A stretch of 64,000 bases of DNA from Octopus bimaculoides. Its lineage: Eukaryota. Below the pieces are notes generated by a model, which was not told the DNA's origin, ran no database searches, and worked only from the letters and a program-made list of their open reading frames with translations. The translations under genes and the position numbers were made by a program. The stretch's first letter is position 1. Each line of letters opens with the position of its first letter. Shown here piece after piece: positions 36,701 through 47,485 of the stretch. The stretch is from the NCBI RefSeq assembly GCF_001194135.2, contig NC_068989.1, positions 8,013,910 through 8,077,909 on the forward strand. The letters run 5' to 3'.

Positions 36701-36999
36701 CAAAAGTAATGCAAAAATGAGCGTAACTTTCGCGTTAACTGACACAGGTCGTTTCAATTGCACATGTTAATAGAGTAACTTTTCTTCTTTACATGTTCTA
36801 TTTCATGTTCTTCATTGCAGGAAAATAATGGGTTCCAAGCAGAAGCAAGATGCCGTGATTGAGCTTCAGGTTATGCGGCATTTATCGAAGGCTACAGGTT
36901 GTTCACGGAGATGACGCCATATTCAACATGGCCTATTAGGATTACTTGCAAGGCATTGGCTCTCCATAGTCCTGTTTTGTACTTTTCTTTTCAGTTGAT

Positions 37000-38485
37000 T
37001 TCATGTTATCTTTTATGTCATCATCAGTTCCTCGTCCTTCAACATACGCCAAAAGAGGTCGTAGTGTTTAGATCTGTTATTAGTGTACAAAATGGTGGTC
37101 AGTTCAGAAAAGATCAAATCTTTTATTAACAGCCACGACCAGGATGATGCAACCAGCATGGTGTTGAATAGACTAAAACTTGAAAAAAAACCCGGATAAT
37201 TTTAAACACCAGATCAAGTATGAGTAAGGGTGGCAGCTCAGTAATAAAAGTAAAGACCTGACCAAATCTCATCTGCCATGAATAGTTTGACAATACAGCT
37301 TTCGCATTCGGATGGGGACTACAAGTATCAAGTCAGTTATGAAGGTCCCATAAACAAGAGAGAGATGACTGTCCACAAAGAAATACATAAATTATGCTAA
37401 CCAGAACTGTCAGCGTCTTAAAAATCTATATTAAAATCACACGAGATCTAGAACGTAGAACTGAAACAATATCGCCATTAGGGAAAAAAATCTGTAACTA
37501 CTTAACTTACGTTGGCGAGCTGGAAAATAAAAACATTATTGTCATAATTAATGAACCTGAGGTTGGCACTCCGTCGGTTACGACGACGAGGGTTCCAGTT
37601 GATCCGATCAACAGAACAGCCTGCTCGTGAAATTAACGTGCAAGTGGCTGAGCACTCCACAGACACGTGCACCCTTAACGTAGTTCTCGGGGATATTCAA
37701 CGTGACACAGTGTGACAAGGCTGACCCTTTGGATTACAGGTACAACAGAAACAGGAAGTAAGAGTGAGAGAAAGTTGTGGTGAAAGAGTACAGCAGGGTT
37801 CACCATCATCCCCTGTCGGAGCCTAGTGGAGCTTTAGGTGTTTTCGCTCAATAAACACTGACAACGCCCGGTCTGGGAATTGAAACTGTGATTCTATGAT
37901 CGCGAGTCCGCTGCCCTAACCACTAGGCTATTGCGCCTCCTCTTGTACTCATTTTTGCTAGCTGAGTGGACTAGAGCAACGTGAAAGGAAGTGTTTTGCT
38001 CAAGAACACAACGCGTTGCTCGGTCCAGGAATCGAAACCACAATCTTACGATCATGTTGTTGACACCCTAACCACTAAGCTACGCGCCTCCACTAATGAA
38101 CTTGAAGACAAATACGAAATGAACATTGACACTGGTCTGCCTCAAAGGAATTGGGAAATCCTATTTAACACAGCAAAATTGAAAAATATACCAGGTCAGA
38201 GATAAGGTTGAATATGTGTTCAAGAAATAACAAGAAAAAACACTAGAAGGAACAAACCCCTTAAAAAAAACTTGACATGGAATACCGACAAATTTACAAC
38301 ACCTCCATGAAATCGAAGATAATGAAATCCTCGGCACGTGCTTATATGTTAAAGAAGTCATCTGCCAGCAAGAAATGTAGACTCAGTCAAATCCAAATTG
38401 AAATCATTAGCCACATCATTGCGAACTATCCACGAGAGAATAGCGTTAACGATATTACATTCCCATCAGACATGATATGGTAGCC
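37000..38485 (+). mobile_element. Heavily decayed RLE-type (R4/Dong/NeSL-like) LINE ORF, interrupted by a SINE
   Basis: A stop-riddled coding-like sequence ends in SASKKCRLSQIQIEIISHIIANYP, resembling the CCHC knuckle CRLC...ETIxHIIxxC of RLE-type LINEs. Confidence 0.45.
37561..38093 (-). mobile_element. Chimeric double-headed SINE (C1 5' half followed by a full C2) with a 12-bp TSD
   Basis: There are two tRNA-like heads, at about 38093-37940 and about 37938-37860. The flanks are taatgaacctga (37549-37560) and taatgaacttga (38094-38105). Confidence 0.75.
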
Positions 38486-38921
38486 AGAGAAAGCTGGAAT
38501 TAATTATGAAACCAAAATAAATGAATAAAATGAAATATAAATATGAATATAATGGGAGCGATGAATCGAAAGAATATTGGTGGAATCTAGAAATAAAGAT
38601 AGTAAACTAAAATACAGACGATCAGATAATTTTTGTTTNNNNNNNNNNNNNNNNNNNNNNNNNNNNNNNNNNNNNNNNNNNNNNNNNNNNNNNNNNNNNN
38701 NNNNNNNNNNNNNNNNNNNNNNNNNNNNNNNNNNNNNNNNNNNNNNNNNNNNNNNNNNNNNNNNNNNNNNNNNATATATAAATACGTAATACACACACAC
38801 ACGCACACATACACACACATACACATACACACGCACACACACACACATTCACCTGTGCTTCCATATATCATACATTCATTAATACCTACACATGCATCAA
38901 TAAATATATTCAGACACACAG

Positions 38922-38953
<32 letters not shown>

Positions 38954-39115
38954 GATACACATATACGTTTATTGATGCGTACGCATAATATACACATCCT
39001 ATGTTCACATACTCATTTATTCATTTATGCACCCACATATAANNNNNNNNNNCTTCCATATATCATACATTCATTAATACCTACACATGCATCAATAAAT
39101 AGATTCAGACACACA

Positions 39116-39154
<39 letters not shown>

Positions 39155-39692
39155 ATACATGCATAGATACGTATAAATTCATACATTTGTATACATAAAC
39201 CATGACGATATGTACATATAGACATACATACCGATACATGCACATACACATATGCGTATAACCATACATGCATATATATGCATACAATTACAATAAATAA
39301 ATGAAAAATAAATGCTTAAACACGCTTCATAACTGGCACTGTTTCAAAACGTGGAAGCTCTGTTCCACTGTTTCTCAACCGAGGTTCCTTGTAACCCGAG
39401 GGATCTGCAAGAGTTAGTTATGGGTTACGTAAGAAATAGCGAGAAATCGGCTAATTATTTACAAATGAACTTTCGGATAATGTTTGCGCTTATATCTGTG
39501 ATTTCATTATACACGCATGGTATATTCCATAAAGAAAACAAATCTTGGCATCTGTAGGTAGTAAAGAGACCCTACAGAACAAGAAACCCTTTAAAGGGGA
39601 ATCGTAGGGGATTTTGGTCTTAATGTTTTGATTAACCCTTTGCATGTCTTGTGTATCATGTGATTCACAGGACATAGTTCCTGGTGTTTGAA

Positions 39693-40015
39693 AGCGCGTG
39701 GCTTAATGGTTAGGGTATTCGGCTCACGATCGGAAGGTCGTGAGTTCATTTCCCGGCGACGCGTTGTGTCCTTGAGCAACACACTTTATTTCACGTTGCT
39801 CCAGTCCACTCAGCTGGCAAAAATGAGTAGTACCTGTATTTCAAAGGAGCCAGCTTTGTCACACTCTGTGTCATGCTGAATCTCCCCAAGAACTACGTTA
39901 AGGGTACACGTGTCTGTAGAGTGCTCAGAGAGCCACATGCATGTTAATTTCACGGGTAGGCTGTTCCGCTGATCGGACCAACTGGAACCCTTGTCATTGT
40001 AACCGACAGAGCTCC
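39693..40015 (+). mobile_element. Full-length SINE family C1
   Basis: The tRNA-like head (gcgcgtggcttaatggttagggtattcggctcacgatc...gagttcatttcccgg), the CORE-like segment and the shared tail are present. Confidence 0.85.
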
Positions 40016-40513
40016 AATCATCCATGATACATACATGACACACATTCCTAATTTTCTTCAACCGCCAGAGTATCTTGGGACTTATGAAGGGGGAACTTTA
40101 TATTACTCAGAACGTATAAAACAAGGACTAACTAGAAGTCTGAGAACAAGTATGGACGTTTTGAAAAATATTTTGGAAAACTTATGAAAATATTTTGCAC
40201 AGGTAAATGCCTAAAGACGCAATTTCTTAAATCGGCTTTGTGGTGTGATGGATTTAACACTACTAAACCTTTCAAAGACAGTTTCATAATTTATTTAATC
40301 CCTTGAGGTATTTTAATCCTTTATCTTCAATATGGCTGCTAGATATTAGATGGCCACACGAATGATTCATTCCGAATTAAATTTTAAATATTATGTATAA
40401 AAAAGTTATTTATTACATATGGTATTTATATTGTACATTATGAAACTGTTAAAAAGTTTAATTCAAATTACAAGTAAATATAAATGAATAAATAAATAAA
40501 AAAATAAAAATTC

Positions 40514-40653
40514 TTTTACTTGTTTCAGTCATTTGACTGCGGCCATGCTGGAGCACCGCCTTTAGTCGAATAAATCGATTCCACGACCTATTCTTTGTAA
40601 GCCTAGTACTTAAATTTTATATGCGCGCAGACACACACCCAAACACAAATACA

Positions 40654-40692
<39 letters not shown>

Positions 40693-40895
40693 GTATGTAT
40701 TTGTTGTTCTGTGTTTGTCCCCACACCATCGTTTGACAACCGATACTGGTGTGTTCACGTCCCCGTAACTTAGCGGTTCGGCCCAACAGACCGATAGAAT
40801 AAGCACTAGGCTTACAAAGAATAAGTTCTGGGGTCGATTTGTTCAACTAAAGGCGGTACCCCAGCATGGCCGCAGTGAAATCACTGAAACAAATA
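40514..40895. mobile_element. Two family A 3' modules in inverted orientation around a (CA)n spacer
   Basis: A minus copy at about 40514-40611 and a plus copy at about 40700-40895 give complementary arms of roughly 95 bp. Confidence 0.8.
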
Positions 40896-41334
40896 AACGA
40901 ATGATGAAATTAGAGAAAGGTTACCCATTTCTTAATTTTTCTTGAAATTTACGCAATTCAATTAACTAATATTTATGGAATGCGAATAGTAGAATGTCTG
41001 TTAATGATATAGATATCCAGTTTTCAATTGCTCTGGAAGATTAGGGACAGCAGCTCAAATTCATTTATTAATATGTTTTATGGATACCTTAAACCTATTC
41101 AGTTAAGCTTTAAACACATAGTATAATTTTGAAAGTTTAATTAACCAATTAGATAGTTGTCATTCATAGTTATTTATTAATTAGCGGGAGTAAGAATTTG
41201 AGAGAGTCGGTTATTGGGTATTTTACTCAATGCACCGGATTGCATCTTCTTTGTTTTAATTTATGCGCACAAATTTTTTGAAGAAGTTGTGAGTGTGGGA
41301 ATTCTAATTCATTTTCAAATGAATGTTAGGCATA

Positions 41335-41800
41335 ACTTCACACACATACACATACACATACGCACACATACACACACATACACACACATACACACATGCA
41401 CACACACATACAGACATGCATACACATACTCATACACACATATGCACATAAACACATATGCACGCATATACACACATACACACATACACATACACACGCA
41501 CATACACACATATGCACACATACACATACACACACATATACACATACATACACACACATACACACATACACACACATACTCATACACACATACACACACA
41601 TACTCATACACACATACACACACATACTCATACACACATATGCACACATATGCTTACACACATACACACATACACACACATACATACACGTATGCATATA
41701 TATACACATACTCATAAACACATATGCACATACACACACATATACACACATGCACACATACACATACACACTTACACACACTTACACACACTCATGCACG
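41335..41800. repeat. Long complex (CA/TA) microsatellite
   Basis: Visible cacacata-type periodicity. Confidence 0.95.
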
Positions 41801-42612
41801 TGGTTTTGCATTTTAGCACAAGGCCAGCATTTTCAGGGAAGAGAGGAAGNNNNNNNNNNAACACATATGCACATACACACACATATACACACATGCACAC
41901 ATACACATATACACACATGCACACTTACACACACTCATGCACGATCGTATAAAAGCAATAGTGGTTTTGCATTTTAGCACAAGGCCAGCATTTTCAGGGA
42001 AGAGAGGAAGTTGATTATATTTACCCCAGAGTTCAACTGGTTCTTATTTTATCGATCTTGAAATGACGAAAGCAAAGTCGACCTCACCGGAATTTGAACT
42101 CTGAACGTAACGACAGACTAAACACCGCTAAGCGTTTTGCTTGGCATGCTTACGATTCTGCCAGCTCGCTGCCTTCGGATGGAAATAATACTGATCCCCT
42201 TTTTTTTTTTCATTTTCTTGACCCCCAAGGAATCATAAAGCTGGTTAACCAGTTTCTCTGGAGTACAAGTGACTGAGGTCACAACACTTTCCTGAACGAG
42301 ATCAGGGTCAGCAATTTTATATTATGTCCAACCAAGTACTTGATTGGTACTTTATCTTATCGACCTTGAAAAAATTACAGGCAAAGTTGACCTCAGCGGG
42401 ATTTGAACTTATATTGTAAAGAGTCGGAAAAATGCCGCTAAGCATTTTGTTTGAGAGCCTAAAGATTCTGCCAGCTCACCACTTCAATTTGTAAGTATCT
42501 GGGTGTTAATAATAATGGGGTTTAAATTAAACTTGTATGCAGTGTTTAAAAGCTCAAGATTAAAGCGAGGTTCTGGTGTCAGGTCATCGACCGAACCCTT
42601 TGTGTATTGCAG

Positions 42613-42941
42613 TAAATATTATTTACCAACATAACATGGCAGTCCTGGTTTAGGACGAATGTTGCTGTAATTTAGCCCCAAGAAGCATCGTCTCCAGCTG
42701 GCTATATGACACGATCTGTGTCCTTATATTTTCGAACAAGGAAATCTAGCACCCCCACTCAGCTCAAAACAATATCTGTGTATCGGGATTTCCGAGTGGG
42801 GGTGCTAGATTCGAAAATATAAGGACACAGATTATATCATTGTATCATATAGCCAGCTGAAGACGATGTCTCCTGGGGCTAAATTACAGCAACATTCGTC
42901 CTAAACCAGGACTGCCATGTTATGTTGGCAAATAATATTTA
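42613..42941. mobile_element. About 330-bp fold-back element (long inverted repeat, MITE-like)
   Basis: Arms of about 145 bp (aaatattatttaccaacataacatggcagtcctgg...ctagcacccccactc) have few mismatches and two small indels. The loop is about 35 nt, with TA at both termini. Confidence 0.8.
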
Positions 42942-43189
42942 TTCCAAAGTACTGTTGCTGAATATCTCTCGGTGTGAGATTTAAAAATAGTAATTTCCAT
43001 TATGTATTGTTTTCTCTTTTCCTCGCCTTCTCTCTTATCCTCTTATCTCATAAATTAACTCTGCTCTTTGTATTTGCACCAGTTTCATTGGTCTTAGTGA
43101 AATCTTAAACAATTGCCTTTTCTTCTTCTCAGGAACTATCTGACCGTTCTGGTCATTCCTTATGGCGTTGTTTTTAATGAAGACGCATC

Positions 43190-44400
43190 AAGAAAATTCT
43201 GATAGGCATTGTGATGAAGAATAAATTTTTTGATAAACGCCTTTACACCAATACAAAAATGAAGACAACAATGGTGTTTGATTCCATTGTGCATTGTCTG
43301 AGACAGGCAACTTTTAAATGCAAAAATAGTTCCCGCAAAATTGGAAAGGTATTTCACAAAAATGTACAGTCACGTGAAAAATATAAAATGATTATATAAA
43401 AAGTCTAAAATAAATTCAAAATAGGGTACAGCTTTTGCGATTGAAATCGGTGTCAGTGAAAAAGCCCAACAAAAAATGTCATTTGGTTGCAGAAATTATT
43501 ACAGAGAAAAGCTACACAGTTGGAGTGAGCCTAATATTGCCTGGATATAAAATTATGGTGGGTGAAGTACTAAGACTTGATGAAGTAACAAGAAATTAAA
43601 AAAGTTCCACCTTCAAGCAATACAATATGTTAACTAATGTTGACATATCACATAACGCGGAAGAAGTTTAGCGTGATAACCTGAAAATTAGAAAATTTTC
43701 AATCCACGTGTCAACTGATCTTGCCAGTAAATGTTTGGTTGTAGCTTTCGTAAAATTTGTCAATGAGGGGAAATTCAGAACTGTTGTAAAAAAAGAAAAA
43801 TTGTACGAGATAAACAAATAAATAGATATATTTTGTATTAGGTTGGTATATCTAGAAACAAGAGGTCTCCTCTGGAAGAATTGGCCCCTATGATTGTTTG
43901 TCATCTTAATATACTCTGACAAGCCTGATGATGAAGAATCAATTTTCTGATAAACGTCTCAGAGAGGTGTCGATTTAGAATTTCTTGGAGATTCAATTCG
44001 TAAACGATTTTGTAATTAATTTTTTGTAACGAAGCACAGTTCACTCCAGATTATAAAAAAAAATCTGAGTTTAAACCTGAACAAAGAATATAAATATCTT
44101 TCGATATACAGAAATATGATTGATGATTAGAATTTTCTAATATTCCTGGATATTTGAGCTGAAAAGTGAATTACAAGAATACTTTTCAGAAAATAATAAA
44201 CCAAAGTTTGTCAAATTCTTTGAAAATGAAAAATAATTTCCAGAGGCGAACCTTCTTCACAAACATTTTTCATCACATGAACCAGATGAAGAAGTCTTTC
44301 ATGGCCCCTGAGAAAATGTACGGGCTTCAAGTAATAAAATTTAAAGAGAAAACAGAAACGATAGAAAAATTATGACACAGAAGGGAATCTTGGAATGCTT
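43190..44400 (+). mobile_element. hAT (Charlie/Buster/SCAND3-like) transposase fossil
   Basis: The degenerate translation gives HLVAEIITEKSYTVGVSLILPGYKIMVGEVL, EIKKVPPSSNTI and FSIHVSTDLASKCLVVAFVKFVNEG (compare FSxQxDESTD). Confidence 0.8.
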
Positions 44401-44919
44401 CAGATACCGTTGGAGGTTAAAAGTGAAGAAAAGTATCGACAAATTTCAAGCCTTTCTAATTATACACCAACCCAATATAAGCATATAATATAATGTAATA
44501 TTATGCTAAATTTTTATTTTTGAATTGGCAATTGTTACATATATATATATATTCATATATATATNNNNNNNNNNNNNNNNNNNNNNNNNNNNNNNNNNNN
44601 NNNNNNNNNNNNNNNNNNNNNNNNNNNNNNNNNNNNNNNNNNNNNNNNNNNNNNNNNNNNNNNNNNNNNNNNNNNNNNNNNNNNNNNNNNNNNNNNNNNN
44701 NNNNNNNNNNNNNNNNNNNNNNNNNNNNNNNNNNNNNNNNNNNNNNNNNNNNNNNNNNNNNNNNNNNNNNNNNNNNNNNNNNNNNNNNNNNNNNNNNNNN
44801 NNNNNNNNNNNNNNNNNNNNNNNNNNNNNNNNNNNNNNNNNNNNNNNNNTATATATGTAACAATTGCCAATTCAAAAATAAAAATTTAGCATAATATTAC
44901 ATTATATTATATGCTTATA

Positions 44920-45165
44920 TTGGGTTGGTGTATAATTATTGCGGCTTTTTTTTCAACAAATTTTATTCAACAAAAACAATAACGACATGTAACAAAAACA
45001 TCTTTAAATAATTATTCCGGAGTATATTCATCTACTTCAATTACTGCTTCCCATTTGCTTGGTAGACGAGCAGACCGTCATTTAAAGATGTTTTTGTTAA
45101 ATATTATTGTTTTTGTTGAATGAAATTTGTTGAAAAAAAGCCGCAATAATTCTGCTCCAGCCCAG
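44920..45165 (-). mobile_element. mariner (Hsmar1/MADE-like TIR) MITE with extended inverted ends
   Basis: The ends are ttgggttggtgtataattattgcggc and gccgcaataattctgctccagcccag, and the inverted similarity extends about 90 bp. The core reads RLPSKWEAVIEVDEYTPE* on the minus strand. Confidence 0.8.
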
Positions 45166-45469
45166 TGATAGTATAACATAATATGATGAATGATAAGTAT
45201 AAAGTATAAATTACACAGAAATGTTTCGATTCTCACCCATAATAAAATTATTAAAATTCATTGTGGGCAAGAACCTCCTCAGTGTAATTTTTTTTATATA
45301 TGCGGATTCACAGATCTAAGAAAAGACTGTAAATATACACGAAAGTTTATAGGTTGTAAATCTTAACATCGATAGAGCTTCTTTTTATGCAAGTGTTCAT
45401 ACTCTCTGGACAAGCGTACTTCAGATCCCGCAAATCTGTTTTTCGAAAGCTTTGAACTAATCGAATCTA

Positions 45470-46070
45470 TCTTGATTCGGACCATGTCTTAATGTAGGGC
45501 TGTCTTGCTTCGTGTCGATTATTGCGTAGATGTATCATGATTGAAGGTATGTCCTAGTCTGGGTCTGAACTACTTAGAAGCGTGTGTTTGGGAAGTTGTG
45601 TCCTGGTTAGAGGCGTGTCTATGTGTCAAGTTCTCTTGATTGAAGCAGGTCTTGTATATCTGCTTTGACTGAGGCGTGTCTTTGCGTAGAACTGGCTTGA
45701 TTAAATTCATGTCTGAATAAAACTGCTTGTATTAGAGGCGTGTCTTTATCTTGATCTGCCTTGCTTGAAGGTTGTTCTTGTGCGGAGCTTTATTGAATTG
45801 AGGTGTGTCTTCATGTTGAACAACATCGAGGCCTGCCTTCGTGAGGAAATGTTTTAATGAAAGACTTGACCATCCCGGTGCGGAAACTCTCTGCTTTGGA
45901 GGAGTATTTTAGTGTAAACTCTCTTGATTGGAGATTTGTTTGATTTACTGTAAAAACTCTTCTGATCGGATGTATGTCTTAGACAGAAATTTTCTTCAGT
46001 GATGGCATACGTTAGGGGTGGAAGACTCTTGATTTAAGGCGTATCTAAGCAAAATCGATTTACATTGGCG
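45470..46070. repeat. Cryptic degenerate tandem repeat, period about 32 bp
   Basis: GAGGCGTGTC-like anchors occur at 45543, 45577, 45610, 45642, 45671, 45703, 45735, 45767, 45800 and 45828. Confidence 0.7.
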
Positions 46071-46625
46071 TTAGGGATGACACCCCTCGCAAAAATGTTT
46101 CCGCTGTGATTTTAGAATCATTGTCCTCAATCAAGGATTATTACTATAGAATGTGTGTTATTGAGTTCATTTTTCACTGAAACCATTCAATCTTACGGAT
46201 ATAATACAGCACATAGGATAAAATTACAAGTCTAACAAATCATTTTCCTAATACCCATAAAGTACTGCTGAATGTTTCTAAGATATGAATTTATTTATTT
46301 TGCATTGTATATATTATTGCGACTGATATGCATCCTATTCCACAGATGTAACAGGTTGTTTAACATGTACAAACCATTCATTACTGACGTAATTATGTAA
46401 TATATATCTGTCTTCTATAGCAGTCTGGTGTTCTCTTTAAAATTGGTTCTTGTGCAGGTCATAAGATGTAAACATGTTTATATTTATGCATGTGTGTATG
46501 TACATATATGTTTTTGCAAGTATGTATGTACGTATGTATATATCCATAGACCATGCAAGCATAAATGAACGAATATATATATATATATATATATATTTAC
46601 ATATTCACACACACACATACATATT

Positions 46626-46690
<65 letters not shown>

Positions 46691-47269
46691 GCATGTGTGC
46701 ATGAATGCATGTATGTATGAATGTGCATATATATATACACAAATATATAGATATACAGAAATATATACATATACATACACACAAAGAAACTCAAACTCAC
46801 ACACATATGCATGTGCATATATGTGTATGTATGTACATATATACATACACACACACACACACGCACACACACACACACACGCACACACACACATATATGT
46901 ATACACACACGCATAGTTGTATGTGTCTATGCGTCTGAATGTGTGAGTATATGTGTGTTTGTGAGTCTGTACGTCAGAAACTGACATAGTTTTTTTTTTT
47001 TACTGAATAATAATGTTTTCATTTCGACAAGAGTTAATATTAATTTACACCAACAGCTATAACTGTTGAGAACCAAAGAAGCGTAAGAGTATAGTAGAAA
47101 CAAGCTGAGCTGTCTGCATGTAGCATGTATCTACCAAAACATGAACTTAACCATGTGTGTCCTATATGTGAAGGTTTTGTTTTGCTTGTTTTGACGTAAG
47201 CAGTATCATTATAACAATTATCAAGATCGTGGTCGGCCATTTTCTCAGACAAGTGAAAACGTAATAGTT

Positions 47270-47485
47270 TCAAATTTTGACCCAAGGCTTGTAATTTTAG
47301 GGTGGTAGTGGGGGTGAGTCGATTACATTGACATTCAGTGTTCAACTGGTGCTCATTTTATCGATGTAGAAAGAATTAAAGACAACGTCGACCACAAGAG
47401 AATTCGAAACCAGAAGGCAAAGAGTCAGAAGTAATGCTGCCGAGCATTTAATCTGCCTCGCTACCGATTCTACCAGCTCGTCACC
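47270..47485 (-). mobile_element. Decayed family B SINE
   Basis: Reverse-complement match to head, body and tail. Similar decayed copies lie at 26880-27105, 41965-42170, 42300-42485 and 52795-52985. Confidence 0.7.
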
